Shown: positions 19,948 to 30,823, counted from the first letter of the stretch. The stretch: 64,000 nucleotides of DNA from an uncultured delta proteobacterium (GCA_963845145.1 CAWJQU010000005.1:992001-1056000), one strand, 5' to 3'. The notes: generated by a model not told the origin, from the sequence alone. Numbers and translations are program-made.

Positions 19948-20251
19948 GGATACCTCCAAAACATGGTCGATTAGATTTCGATGTCACAATTAGAATAATT
20001 CTTTTGATTTGTCAAATCAGTTGTTTCCATGTCGACGATTTAAGATAAAGTGATTTTACACAAAACTAAACTGATATCTCAAATTAACTTTAGATAAAAT
20101 ATTTTTCTTCTGTAATTTGGTGTAATCTCAATGAAAGGCTTTTTTACAATGCAAGTAAAATATTAAGCCGATATGCAATAGCCACTGCTTGAGCTTTTTA
20201 GATACCGTTTAATTTTATTTTCCCGGCTCTTGCTTTAACTAAAAAATATGA

Positions 20252-20268
20252 AGCAAATAAAGTACCAA
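20252..20268 (-). promoter_or_regulatory. Sigma54 -24/-12 promoter motif
   Basis: Minus strand TTGGTACTTTATTTGCT, in the AT-rich region ~300 bp upstream of the lipoprotein gene. Confidence 0.55.
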
Positions 20269-20740
20269 AAATTACAATTGGTGCACCTTTCTTGTGTTAA
20301 CGAATGATGTTTTATGCGTCTAATGAAATTTAAATACCATATGATGTAGTAATTAAACAAAGAACAACAATATAATGTGTGAAAAAATATACCATTATTG
20401 ATAAGTAAATTTATTGAAATTGACAATGATTCGTATAATATTTTTTAATATTATGGCCAGAGCGAAGTTTCTCCTTCATATAGTAACGTTCGTTACAAAA
20501 AAATTTCCCGTAATTACAAATTTGTTATTGAATTACTAAAAAGTGATCTCACCCCGGTGAATTGGTCTTATGGAATTTCGCGGGGTAAATATCCAATCTG
20601 ATACAGAATCAGAGAGTCAGGTGGGCGATATTACTTTGAATTAAATGGCGCAACCTTTCATATGGCCTGCCATATTTGGTTGGAGACCATCGCCAGATCA
20701 GGACAATTTTAATGATAACTTGATTTTGTTGGATAATTGC

Positions 20741-21097
20741 CTAAGACAAATCATCGTGTCCCTCTTTCTTCAGCAGCTCTTGATACCAGCATGAAAAATC
20801 GTACATACCCTTGAAATAGGCCTCATCATTTACAATGCCCAGTGCCAATTCTAGCGCACCACGACCATAAGCATTTTCGTAATCATCCCCGGATCGGGAG
20901 GCGAGAAACTCACGGATAAGCATCTGCGTGGTACGACGGGTTTTATCTCGGCGGATATCAATGGGATCCTTGGGGGCTTCAAAGGGATCCCATTTTTCGT
21001 ACCCCTTTTTTAAAATGCGTTTTTGATAGCGGGGTGCCATGGCATCGAAAACCCCTTTTTTTCGCCTTTCAGCCTCTTCCCGTGTGATGGGATTCAT
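20741..21097 (-). CDS. Hypothetical protein
   Basis: 118 aa with protein-like composition; overlaps the upstream gene by 4 nt (ATGA coupling). Confidence 0.75.
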   Translation of the reverse strand: MNPITREEAERRKKGVFDAMAPRYQKRILKKGYEKWDPFEAPKDPIDIRRDKTRRTTQMLIREFLASRSGDDYENAYGRGALELALGIVNDEAYFKGMYDFSCWYQELLKKEGHDDLS

Positions 21098-21801
21098 CTC
21101 GCCCCCGGTTTTTTTCTTCGCGGCAACGGCTCCGGCTCTTTTTCGGGCCCGATACCCAGATAGGTCTCATCATAATCGGTTAAGATGGCCATGGAAACGG
21201 GAACCAGGAGCTCACCCATACGCTGATGGCGGGATTGTAACTCCCTCACCAGGCGCGTAGAGAGGCCGTACATGGCATGGGTTAGCTTGTCCAGGTTGAC
21301 GGTTGGATACGAGACGCCGGGTTCAAAATCGGAAACACCGCAGGTGCGACCTTTTCCACCGATGGCCAGGGGGATTCCGTATAGCCTGCAGACAATTGGG
21401 CGGGCTTCATACAAATCGCATCGTTTGGCGTCGTTTAGGAGGGGGCATCGAATACGTAGGCGGCCCATACTCTCAATGATCGTTTCTTCGTTTTCGCCCG
21501 CTTCTGCCTGCTTTGCGGCTTTTCGCTTAATGCGGTAAAGCTGGCGATCTGTTTGGTTAGCCTTTTCGATGATTACGGCCTTCTGTTCGTCGCGAATTTG
21601 TTGGTGGAACTGATGGTTCAGGTAGAGTGCCTCTATAAAGGTCAAGTCGAAGACGGCATAGCAGCAACCATCGCAACCCGAACGGCATTTTACCTCTTTG
21701 GGGTATTCCCCGCTTACCTTTTTAAAAACGGCGTCGGTTGTGGCCCGCAACGCCTCATATTCTTTGAAAAACGGTGTAAAATCAAAATCCATTTTGAACA
21801 T
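21094..21801 (-). CDS. YkgJ-family cysteine-cluster protein
   Basis: CRSGCDGCC, RCPLL..RCDLYEARPIVCRLYG. Confidence 0.88.
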   Translation of the reverse strand: MFKMDFDFTPFFKEYEALRATTDAVFKKVSGEYPKEVKCRSGCDGCCYAVFDLTFIEALYLNHQFHQQIRDEQKAVIIEKANQTDRQLYRIKRKAAKQAEAGENEETIIESMGRLRIRCPLLNDAKRCDLYEARPIVCRLYGIPLAIGGKGRTCGVSDFEPGVSYPTVNLDKLTHAMYGLSTRLVRELQSRHQRMGELLVPVSMAILTDYDETYLGIGPEKEPEPLPRRKKPGAR

Positions 21802-21818
21802 CTCCTTATATTGGGTCG

Positions 21819-21834
21819 TGTTTCACGTGAAACA
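21819..21834. other. parS centromere-like site 1
   Basis: Perfect palindrome TGTTTCACGTGAAACA. Confidence 0.92.
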
Positions 21835-22007
21835 TCGGAAGTGATCGAGTTTAAGGCCGGGGCGGGTTGGATGGCGCTGCAATATAACCAAAAGACACGG
21901 TGAGCTGTTAAAAAAGTGACCCGTTCTCGGTCGAATTGATAAAATCGGTATTAGATTTGCCGGATCCGCTCGGGCCCCCTGCTTAATGTTTCAATGGTTC
22001 ATATCCG

Positions 22008-22023
22008 TGTTTCACGTGAAACA
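22008..22023. other. parS centromere-like site 2
   Basis: Perfect palindrome TGTTTCACGTGAAACA. Confidence 0.92.
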
Positions 22024-22052
22024 TCTTATCATGGCACACGTCAATTGTCGAT

Positions 22053-23447
22053 CTACTTTCCGATACAAAATCGGCTGAAAATCTGGTCGATCACTGTGTT
22101 TGCGATCGTTTCGCCGGTTATAAGTCCGAGGGCATCGATGGCCTCACTGGCATCAATGGCTGATATTTCCAAAGGTACGCCGCCCTCGAGTCCCTTGATT
22201 AATTTTAAAGAGGCGGTTTTTGCACGTTCGATAGCCCCCTTCTGCCGCAGGTTTGGTACTATCGGGTTTTCATTAAGTACGTCATCTACCTGACTAACAG
22301 ATCGGAGAATAGCTTTCTCCAAAGCATCAATGCCGATCTGTTTTAGCGCCGACACTTCGATAACGGGCCTTGCCTCCCATTCATGTGGGAGCGATATGAC
22401 CTTTTTGCCGGCCAGAAGGTCAATTTTGTTTTTAACAATCAAGACATTTTTATTTTTGATTTGGTTGAAAATACGCAAATCATTGCCTTGCGGACCTTTC
22501 GTTGCATCGAGCATAAATAAAATAAGGTCCGCCTCTTCAATACAATCTCGCGTTTTCCTGATTCCGATTTTTTCAATCGAATCGCCGTTCTCTCTCAAAC
22601 CCGCCGTATCCACCACCAAGATAGGGATCCCTTTAATCGTTACGGATTCCTCGATAAGATCGCGTGTGGTTCCTGGAATGTCGGTGACGATGGCACGGTC
22701 TTTTTTAATCAGCCAGTTTAGCAGGCTGGATTTGCCTACATTGGGCTTTCCCACTACCGCCATTTTCAGCCCATCGCGAAATAGATGTGCGCGCCTGTAC
22801 TGGTCTATCAATGTGTCCAAGGGCTTTACAACCGTTTGGTGCAGGTGCGAGGGAAGGGTGTCGTTGACAATATCCCCATCCAAATCCTCGATAAAGTCGA
22901 TGGCCGTTTCAATTTGCGCGAGGCATTGGGTCAATACCCTGCGAATAGAGCGAACCTGTTGCTGCATGCGGCCGGTCATTTGAGCCATCGCTATTTGAAG
23001 CCCCTGCCGGGATTGCGCAGCAATGGTATCCATAACCCCTTCAGCCTGGCTCAAATCGATACGCCCGTTTAAAAAGGCACGTTTGGTGAATTCTCCGGGT
23101 TCGGCGTGCCGGACATTTTGAGAGAGGACCATTGATAGAATACGTCGGAGAACGGCTATACCTGAATGGGCTTGAATTTCGACGATATCTTCACAGGTAT
23201 AAGAATGCGGCGCCTGCATAAATGTCAACAGTACCTCGTCGATCTGGTCATTACTTTGTGGATCGACAATGCAACCATGATACAGGTGGTGAGACAACAG
23301 CTTTAAATCTGCTCCGGGAAGACCGGGTCGACTGGGCCGGAATAAAGCGTGTGCCACAGCAAGGGCACGCGGGCCGGATATTTTGATAATGCCGATGCCC
23401 CCGTGTCCAATGGGTGTGGCAATGGCGGCGATGGTTAGGCGATCCAT
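22053..23447 (-). CDS. mnmE: tRNA modification GTPase MnmE
   Basis: TIAAIATP, AEPGEFTKRAFLNGR, GKPNVGKSS, DTAG, NKID, C-terminal FCIGK; start moved to MDRLT. Confidence 0.96.
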   Translation of the reverse strand: MDRLTIAAIATPIGHGGIGIIKISGPRALAVAHALFRPSRPGLPGADLKLLSHHLYHGCIVDPQSNDQIDEVLLTFMQAPHSYTCEDIVEIQAHSGIAVLRRILSMVLSQNVRHAEPGEFTKRAFLNGRIDLSQAEGVMDTIAAQSRQGLQIAMAQMTGRMQQQVRSIRRVLTQCLAQIETAIDFIEDLDGDIVNDTLPSHLHQTVVKPLDTLIDQYRRAHLFRDGLKMAVVGKPNVGKSSLLNWLIKKDRAIVTDIPGTTRDLIEESVTIKGIPILVVDTAGLRENGDSIEKIGIRKTRDCIEEADLILFMLDATKGPQGNDLRIFNQIKNKNVLIVKNKIDLLAGKKVISLPHEWEARPVIEVSALKQIGIDALEKAILRSVSQVDDVLNENPIVPNLRQKGAIERAKTASLKLIKGLEGGVPLEISAIDASEAIDALGLITGETIANTVIDQIFSRFCIGK

Positions 23448-23570
23448 GATTTTTCGCAAAGCTTGGTTGAGCAATCTCGGGTTTGGGTTGGTCGCGGGGC
23501 TGACATCAAGCCAGCAACCCCGTGAATGAAACATTTTAGATAATTATCAATGTAATTGCGACGATCGCAA

Positions 23571-24424
23571 TTATTGATTGTTTTTTCTGGAATCGGCCTG
23601 ACGCTTACGGGGAGTCCGTTTGTTTCGTTTTTTAGGGTAGATCGTAAGTTTGCGGACAACGCCCTGCCCGTTGCTCTGGGTTCGGACGAGTGTATTCGAT
23701 TTTAAGGTCATATGAACCACACGTCGGTCTTGGGGGCTTAAGGGGCCGATGGTAACCGGCCGACCGTTGTGAGTGGCCTTGTCTGCCATCCGTTTGGCCT
23801 GGTCAATCAGCGCTTCTTTCCGTTTGGCCTGATATTTGGCCACATCCACTTCAACCAGAAAGCGCTGATCCCTTGTACGATTCAATGCCCTCTCGGTTAA
23901 AAATTGTAACGCCTCAAGCGTCTGGCCATGTTTTCCGATGAGAAGCGCGGAATTTCCACCGGCGACATCATAGGCAATCTTTCTGTTTTTCGCCGTGCTG
24001 GTAATCGTTGTATCCGATGTGATGACGTCCACAAGGTGCTGCAGAAATGTCCGACCGAATTCGACCGTTTCGTCGATATCGTTTGGTTCATCGTTTTCCA
24101 AAGGGGGTGAACCATCAGGCTTTGTTTCCGAATCAAAGACGGGCTTTGGGTCAATCGGCGTTTGGGGCTCCGTCAGTCTTCTGAGTCACGTCTTCCGGTG
24201 TCATTTCTACCGGGTCCAATGTCTCCGAACCGTTTGCGCCGTTATCAGTGGCTGGCAGGGTGACCAGAATTTTCGCTTTACGGGAGCCAACCAGGCCAAA
24301 AATACCCGACGATCCATGCGAAATAATTTTATAATTCTAAATTGGCGGTTTTCAGCTTTAATTCGCGGCATGCTTTCGCGACCGCTTTTTTTACACTTTT
24401 TTCTTCGAATTCGCGTTTCGGCAC
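23571..24424 (-). CDS. jag: Jag/KhpB (EloR) RNA-binding protein; two frameshifts in the 5' part
   Basis: GTG start MPKREFEEKSVKKAV (Jag_N); GSSGIFGL in a second frame; KH (LIGKHGQTLEALQ) and R3H (RRVVH) in a third frame; position between yidC and mnmE. Confidence 0.85.
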
Positions 24425-24451
24425 GATGGTTCTCCCTGCTATAATATCACG

Positions 24452-26134
24452 CTATTTCTTCTTACCTTGGATAACATATTGTTGCGCAATGGAAAAAACA
24501 TTATTTACCAGCCAGTAGAGGACGAGACCGGAAGAGAAATTGATAAAGATAAAGGTAAAAAAGATCGGCATTAGCATCATCAACTTTGCCTGGGTGGGAT
24601 CGCCCATGGCCGGTTGTAATTTTTGTTGTAAAAACATGGATGCGCCCATGACGAGTGTCAATACCGGAATTCCATAAGGCGGCTGCATGAACGGAATTGA
24701 GAAGCCCAAGTCGAAGAGTCGATCCGGAGCGGAAAGATCATTGATCCATCCGAAAAATGGGGCGTGTCGAAGCTCAATCGCCTCATAAAGCATGCGATAC
24801 AAAGCAAAGAAGACGGGGATTTGAACCACCATTGGCAAGCATCCCCCCATTGGATTAACTTTGTATGCTCGATAGAGCGCCATAACCTCTTCGTTCATTT
24901 TTTTCTTGTCGTTTTTGTATTTTTCCCGGATTTCGGTCATGAGTGGCTGAATTTTTTTCATTTCCGCCATGGATTTATAGCTTTTTTGACCCAGGGGCCA
25001 AAGAATGATTTTGGTGAGAAGCGTTAAGAGAATGATGGCAATACCGTAATTGGCAATCAGGTTGTCGTGGATGAAATTCATGACCCACAAGCATGGTTTG
25101 GCCAAAATATCAAAAAACCCGAAATAAACGGCTTTGTGAAGGTCATTGCCGTATTGTCGAAGAAGTTTAAGGCTTTTGGGCCCAAAAAAGAGCTGATATT
25201 CATATGATTGCATTGCCCCCGGATTAATTGTGGTGGCCGGTGCAACGAGTTGATTGCGTATCAGCCCGGGATCTTCCGTCGCCAAGCGCATGGTATAATT
25301 TTCCTGAACTTTCGGCATTATTCCGGCGAGAAAATAGCGATCCTGTACGCCAACCCACTTGATGGTCCCTGGAAACGTATTCTCATCGGCGATCTTTTTC
25401 TTTTTAACCTGTTTAAGGCTGTCATTTATGTACCCGCTGGGCCCAGTAAAACCATAACCTGCATTATCATCGGCGTCGTATTTTACTAAAGAGACCGCCG
25501 GTTGCTGCGATAGCGGGAGTGCGCTCTGATTGCTGAGGGTAACCCTGAAATCGACCAGATAGGTGTCCGGAGAAAAGGAATAAATTTTTTGAATGAGGAT
25601 GCCGGCGACCGTTTTTTGTGTAAAGGTGAGGGATCTTGCACCTTGATTGACCGTCATATTATCGGTTGCGGCATCGCTTTGATACTTACCCGTCTCCGCC
25701 ATGGGGTCACGGGCTTCGGTCAAGTTAAGTCGAATCGTGCCAAAGGTATTCTCTTTGGACATAAGCTGTTTGAAGGGCGCATCCGCCGCGACAGCTTCCC
25801 GATAGTTTTTTAAGGTAAAGCCGATAATATTACCACCTTGCTCGGAGAGCTCGGCAATATAAAGGGGGGTTTCCACCGTAATCTTTCGGGCGGGTGTCGT
25901 GTTGTCCTGGATTTGTTGGCCCGGCTGGGCAATCGGCTGGTTTTGAGCCGTTTCGACTGGAAGAGGTGCCTGTGCCGGCGTGGGTGAAATGGGTTTGTCG
26001 ATTGATCCTTGTTCGATTGCTTGCTGTTGCTGGGTCTGTTGTTGAATTGCATCACGATCAACAAAGAAAAAGTCCCACGCAAGAAATACGATCAATGATA
26101 GAGTGATGGCCAAGAACACGCGCCCCTGTTCCAT
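24452..26134 (-). CDS. yidC: Membrane protein insertase YidC
   Basis: NYGIAII, NPMGGCLP..QIPVF, WINDLSAPD, GLVLYW. Confidence 0.97.
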   Translation of the reverse strand: MEQGRVFLAITLSLIVFLAWDFFFVDRDAIQQQTQQQQAIEQGSIDKPISPTPAQAPLPVETAQNQPIAQPGQQIQDNTTPARKITVETPLYIAELSEQGGNIIGFTLKNYREAVAADAPFKQLMSKENTFGTIRLNLTEARDPMAETGKYQSDAATDNMTVNQGARSLTFTQKTVAGILIQKIYSFSPDTYLVDFRVTLSNQSALPLSQQPAVSLVKYDADDNAGYGFTGPSGYINDSLKQVKKKKIADENTFPGTIKWVGVQDRYFLAGIMPKVQENYTMRLATEDPGLIRNQLVAPATTINPGAMQSYEYQLFFGPKSLKLLRQYGNDLHKAVYFGFFDILAKPCLWVMNFIHDNLIANYGIAIILLTLLTKIILWPLGQKSYKSMAEMKKIQPLMTEIREKYKNDKKKMNEEVMALYRAYKVNPMGGCLPMVVQIPVFFALYRMLYEAIELRHAPFFGWINDLSAPDRLFDLGFSIPFMQPPYGIPVLTLVMGASMFLQQKLQPAMGDPTQAKLMMLMPIFFTFIFINFSSGLVLYWLVNNVFSIAQQYVIQGKKK

Positions 26135-26170
26135 ATCAAACTCCTGGCATTAAAAACCGAAAAATGAATG

Positions 26171-26229
26171 TTTAAGCCCCTTGCAACGGGCTGCCGACTA
26201 ATGAGGGCGCCGATTGCAAGGGGCTTAAA
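26171..26229. repeat. Perfect 16-bp inverted repeat upstream of yidC
   Basis: TTTAAGCCCCTTGCAA ... TTGCAAGGGGCTTAAA. Confidence 0.85.
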
Positions 26230-26398
26230 AGCCCTAATAAGTATTGAATCCTTCGTGTATCATGTTTTTTTCATGTCGGAACGAATGCTGATTTGCGGTA
26301 ATTTCCGCTTCGGGTCAATGAATAAAACATCTGGTGGGATTGAATGTTCCCGGAATGAAAGGCCCTGGCAATTTTTGTGGAATTGCACATTGATACCA

Positions 26399-26629
26399 TT
26401 AGGGAACCGGGTCTACGCCACCGGGATGAAACGGATGACATTTTAAAATTCGCCCGATCGCTAGGCAAGCGCCTTTGATTAAACCGTATTGCCTAAGGGC
26501 CTGATATGCATATTCCGAACAGCTGGGAGAAAATCGGCAGGTGGCCCCAAGCAACGGTGATATCAGGTATTGATAAAATCGAATCGCCGCCAGAAACGGC
26601 ATAGAAATAATATGCCTCATCATTAGCAT
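26399..26629 (-). CDS. yidD: Membrane protein insertion efficiency factor YidD
   Basis: [35 protein letters not shown]. Confidence 0.95.
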   Translation of the reverse strand: MLMMRHIISMPFLAAIRFYQYLISPLLGATCRFSPSCSEYAYQALRQYGLIKGACLAIGRILKCHPFHPGGVDPVP

Positions 26630-26988
26630 AATCGGGTCGCCCTATCGGAGAGCTGGTCAAATAACGCCCCAAGCAACGTGAAAGCCTGTTTCGGATTTAG
26701 CCCGGTAGCCGGTTTTTTGGCAATGACAACAATGTCCAAAGGGATGTCCAGGCGATGCCGCCGGTGTCGAAAAAACTCTCTCACCATTCGTTTTAACCGG
26801 TTACGCATCACCGCGTTGCCTACTTTTTTAGTGACGATAATCCCGAGCCTTGGTCTTTCTACGTCGTTTAAAACATAGCGGATGATAAAATGTCCATCAT
26901 GAATCTGTTTTCCGTCTCGCGATACTCGAAGAAACTCCTTTCGCTTAAGCAGTCTGTTGGCCTTTTTAAATGGATATCCGCTCAACAA
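26623..26988 (-). CDS. rnpA: Ribonuclease P protein component
   Basis: [21 protein letters not shown]. Confidence 0.95.
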   Translation of the reverse strand: MLSGYPFKKANRLLKRKEFLRVSRDGKQIHDGHFIIRYVLNDVERPRLGIIVTKKVGNAVMRNRLKRMVREFFRHRRHRLDIPLDIVVIAKKPATGLNPKQAFTLLGALFDQLSDRATRLC

Positions 26989-27034
26989 AATGATTATTTT
27001 TTATCAACTGTTTGACGTACAATAGTTTAGGCCG

Positions 27035-27169
27035 TTATAGCGCCAGGCGTTTGCGCCCTTTGGCTCGACGGCGATTAATGACCCTACGGCCGTTTTTAGT
27101 CGACATGCGTTTTAAAAACCCGTGTTTGCGCGTCCTTTTGCGACGGCTAGGTTGATACGTCCTCTTCAT
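27035..27169 (-). CDS. rpmH: 50S ribosomal protein L34
   Basis: Manual translation [44 protein letters not shown]; below the ORF-track cutoff. Confidence 0.98.
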   Translation of the reverse strand: MKRTYQPSRRKRTRKHGFLKRMSTKNGRRVINRRRAKGRKRLAL

Positions 27170-27439
27170 TGTGATTTCCCCTATATCGAATTTTTTTTAT
27201 CAATATTCCAAACGGATACTAATAAACATAAGAGGGTATAGATGTCAAGATTCTATTGGGTTCATTTTTCGATATGTTTGTCTTATTATCGCCATAGACC
27301 GGGAGCTATAGATCGGGAACTTGACAAACAAGGCGTTACGACAGTATGAGTGTAACAATGTTTCGGGGTAAGCCCTTTTCAAACCCTATTCACTATTAAT
27401 TCACCATAGTAAGCTTTGCAGAACGACGAATCGGGAGCG

Positions 27440-28039
27440 ATGATCGAAAACTTGAATCCGCTAATACTTGAACGACTTGAAACGCCGGTAATGGATATTT
27501 TTTCCAATTCGGATTTCCATAAAGCCACCATGCGGGACGTTGCCAAAAGGGCCGGGCTCAGCTTCAGTACCATTTACGAATACTTTGGGAGCAAGGAGAA
27601 GCTGCTTTTTACATTTGTCGATATCTCCCTTGGCAAACTTACCAGCCGGATTATCGATCACCTTCAGGACATCGAGGGGCTTAAAGCGAAGATTCAAAAA
27701 GCGATCTGGTTGCAACTTGACTATTACGAACGCCATCCTGAATTGGGACGCATCCTTTTTATGACCGTACCCATGAAAACCTGGATGGCGGATGAAACCT
27801 TTGCCCAGCACAAAATGATCGGGTTGTTTATGGATACCCTGCGTCAGGGGCAGAGAGAGCAGATACTCAATTCAGAGCTACCGGCCGGGGTTCTCCTAGA
27901 TTTGATGATGGGGTTTGTCCAGCGATCATTTTTTATGTGGGTGGCGCGGGGGCAGACTTACAGTCTGGCAGCGGGGGCCGATGCCATGTTTAAAATGGTT
28001 TGGCGGGGTATTTCAAACCCCGAGGCAAATATAGAATGA
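27440..28039 (+). CDS. TetR/AcrR family regulator
   Basis: ATMRDVAKRAGLSFSTIYEYFGSKEKL HTH. Confidence 0.92.
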   Translation: MIENLNPLILERLETPVMDIFSNSDFHKATMRDVAKRAGLSFSTIYEYFGSKEKLLFTFVDISLGKLTSRIIDHLQDIEGLKAKIQKAIWLQLDYYERHPELGRILFMTVPMKTWMADETFAQHKMIGLFMDTLRQGQREQILNSELPAGVLLDLMMGFVQRSFFMWVARGQTYSLAAGADAMFKMVWRGISNPEANIE

Positions 28040-28098
28040 TTTTAAATAGTACTGCTGACAAGCACCCAACCTTAAAACCATCATTATAGGAGCATGCA

Positions 28099-28500
28099 AT
28101 GGAAATACTCAAAATCGATCATCTCGGTATTGCGGTAAACAGCATTGAAGAGGGCAAACGGTTTTGGTCCGATGTGCTGGGGTTGGCTTTTGAGGGGACA
28201 GAGACCGTGGCCGCTCAGAAAGTGACGACAGCTTTTTTCCCTGTCAGCGAAAGTGAGGTGGAGTTACTCGAATCCACTTCACCCGACGGACCGGTAGCCA
28301 AATATATCGAGAAACGAGGTCAGGGCATCCAGCATGTGGCCTTGCGGGTAAAGGATATTGAAGCGGCACTGGATGAGCTTAAGGAGAAAGGGATCCAGTT
28401 AATCGATGAAAAACCACGCAAAGGAGCGGGTGGTGCGCGGATTGCTTTTTTACACCCCAAGGCCACGGGCGGCGTGTTGGTGGAACTTTGCGAAAGATAA
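28099..28500 (+). CDS. mce: Methylmalonyl-CoA epimerase
   Basis: IDHLGIAV, ELLE, GIQHVAL, FLHPKATGGVLVEL. Confidence 0.95.
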   Translation: MEILKIDHLGIAVNSIEEGKRFWSDVLGLAFEGTETVAAQKVTTAFFPVSESEVELLESTSPDGPVAKYIEKRGQGIQHVALRVKDIEAALDELKEKGIQLIDEKPRKGAGGARIAFLHPKATGGVLVELCER

Positions 28501-28533
28501 TCCAGCGATGATATTGATGGCGAGGAGAAGAAA

Positions 28534-30213
28534 ATGTCAAACGCAAATGAAAAAGAAACGATAAAAAAGGAACGCGAGGCTTGGGAACAAGGTACGTTAG
28601 GAAAGGCGCTTTCCCGGTTCGGTGAACGACAGCAGACTTTCACATCGATCTCCGGTACGCCGATTAAACGGCTTTATACACCCGAAGACCTACCCGATGG
28701 TGAATACGCCACCGATCTGGGATTTCCGGGCGATTACCCCTATACACGCGGCGTTCAACCCACCATGTACCGGGGTCGATTCTGGACCATGCGGCAATAT
28801 GCCGGTTTCGGCAGCGCCGCTGAGACCAATGCCCGCTATCGTTATCTGCTGGAAAAGGGGCAAACCGGTTTAAGTGTGGCCTTTGATCTGCCCACCCAGG
28901 CGGGGTACGATAGCGATCATGCCCTGTCCATGGGTGAAGTGGGGAAGGTGGGGGTGGCCATCGATTCCATCGATGACATGCGCGCCTTATTCGACCAGAT
29001 CCCTTTAGATAAGGTAACCACGTCGATGACGATCAATGCACCGGCAACTGTTTTGTTGGGGATGTACCTGGCCCTGGCTGAAGAACAGGGGGTTGGGTGG
29101 GACAAGGTTGGTGGCACCGTTCAAAACGATGTACTCAAGGAAATCATCTGCCGCGGGCAGTATATCTACCCACCAAAGCCAACCATGCGCCTGACCGTTG
29201 ATTTGATCCAATTTTGCCAGCAACAGGTTCCTAAGTGGAATACGATCAGTATCAGCGGCTATCATATTCGTGAAGCCGGTTCCACGGCCACCCAGGAAAT
29301 GGCCTTTACCCTGGCCGACGGAATCGCTTACGCTCAGGCTTGCGTGGACCGTGGAATGGATGTGGATCAATTTGCCGGGCGGCTGTCGTTTTTCTTCAAC
29401 TCTTTTACCAATGTATTGGAAGAAGCCGCCAAGTTCCGAGCGGGTCGCCGTTACTGGGCCAAGGTGATGAAAGAGCGCTTTGGCGCCAAGAATCCCCGAT
29501 CGATGATGCTGCGGTACCATGTCCAGACGGGTGGGGTTACCCTGACGGCCCAACAACCGCTGAACAATATCGTTCGCGTCGGTCTGCAGGCCTATGCCGC
29601 CGCCCTGGGTGGATGCCAATCACTGCACACGAATTCCTATGATGAGGCCCTCTGCCTTCCGACTGAAGAGGCTGTTACCGTGGCGCTTCGAACGCAACAG
29701 GTCGTGGCCGAAGAAAGCGGCGCTGCGGATACCATCGATCCTTTGGCCGGGTCATACTACGTTGAATCCCTGACCGACCAAATCGAATCGGAAATCGACG
29801 ATTATATTCAAAAAATAGATGCCAAGGGGGGTACCCTAAGGGCCATTGAAAACGGGTATATTCAAAGGGAAATCCAAGACAGCGCCTACCGCTTTCAAAA
29901 AGAGATCGAGTCCGGAGAGCGGACATATGTCGGGATCAACAAATACCAAATGGAGGAACCCCCACCGAAAAATCTCCTGAGAATCGATATGTCCGTAGGG
30001 GAAAAAGAAACCGCCAAGCTTAAAAAATTGCGCGCCGAACGGGAAAAAGAGCCCTGGCAAAACGCGCTGGAGCATTTGCGGAACATAACCGAGGCTGGTG
30101 ATAATGTGATGCCGGCCGTGATTGCCGCGGTCAAGGCCAAGGCCACGGTAGGCGAAATTTGTGATGTGTGGCGCGACATTTTTGGCGAGTATCGACCCAA
30201 GGAATTTGTGTGA
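28534..30213 (+). CDS. Methylmalonyl-CoA mutase, substrate-binding subunit
   Basis: YPYTRG, WTMRQYAGFG, GLSVAFDLPT, SLHTNSYDEA. Confidence 0.95.
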   Translation: MSNANEKETIKKEREAWEQGTLGKALSRFGERQQTFTSISGTPIKRLYTPEDLPDGEYATDLGFPGDYPYTRGVQPTMYRGRFWTMRQYAGFGSAAETNARYRYLLEKGQTGLSVAFDLPTQAGYDSDHALSMGEVGKVGVAIDSIDDMRALFDQIPLDKVTTSMTINAPATVLLGMYLALAEEQGVGWDKVGGTVQNDVLKEIICRGQYIYPPKPTMRLTVDLIQFCQQQVPKWNTISISGYHIREAGSTATQEMAFTLADGIAYAQACVDRGMDVDQFAGRLSFFFNSFTNVLEEAAKFRAGRRYWAKVMKERFGAKNPRSMMLRYHVQTGGVTLTAQQPLNNIVRVGLQAYAAALGGCQSLHTNSYDEALCLPTEEAVTVALRTQQVVAEESGAADTIDPLAGSYYVESLTDQIESEIDDYIQKIDAKGGTLRAIENGYIQREIQDSAYRFQKEIESGERTYVGINKYQMEEPPPKNLLRIDMSVGEKETAKLKKLRAEREKEPWQNALEHLRNITEAGDNVMPAVIAAVKAKATVGEICDVWRDIFGEYRPKEFV

Positions 30214-30424
30214 TCTGAAGCCGGCAGGCCTGCCAACCGGTCGGCCGGTGTACGAGATGAGCCTTCCGGCGATTGGCAACTCGTTTTTATTTACAAAATG
30301 GCGATGGGATGAACAGCCTATCGTTAATCAAAAAAAAAATAAATCATACGGCCAACACACCAACCAGCCCTCGGGCTGACCGGCTCACGGGCCAACTGGC
30401 CGACGGAACCAGGGGGGTATTATC

Positions 30425-30823
30425 ATGACCAAGAAGAAGATCAAAATCATCGTGGCCAAACCAGGATTGGATGGGCATGACCGGGGGGCAAAATTGCTCT
30501 GCCGAATTTTTGCCGAGGCAGGGATGGAAGTGGTTTATACCGGTTTACGCCAAACCCCGGAGATGATCGTTGAGGCAGCATTGCAGGAAGACGCCGACGT
30601 GGTGGGAATGAGCAGCTTGTCAGGTGTTCACAATTATTTTTTTCCCCGGGTGGTCAAACTGTTACATGAAAAAGAGCTTGAAGATGTGCTTATTCTGGGC
30701 GGGGGGATCATTCCGGATGAAGACATTCCCGAATTGAAGCAGTCCGGTGTGGCGGAAATTTTCGGGCCCGGTACGCGTACGGATCATATTGTGAAGTATA
30801 TTCAAGAGAACATCCTCGCGTAA
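30425..30823 (+). CDS. Methylmalonyl-CoA mutase, cobalamin-binding subunit
   Basis: [12 protein letters not shown] (DxHxxG) motif. Confidence 0.95.
   Translation: MTKKKIKIIVAKPGLDGHDRGAKLLCRIFAEAGMEVVYTGLRQTPEMIVEAALQEDADVVGMSSLSGVHNYFFPRVVKLLHEKELEDVLILGGGIIPDEDIPELKQSGVAEIFGPGTRTDHIVKYIQENILA

Noticed and set aside
19960..20740. oriC in the AT-rich region near parS
   Set aside because: Only two relaxed DnaA-box matches, no TTATCCACA cluster and no dnaA; a sigma54 regulatory region explains it better.
23448..23534. N-terminal extension of MnmE and a parS-like half site near 23521-23534
   Set aside because: MnmE similarity begins at MDRLTIAAIAT; the sequence is not a palindromic parS.
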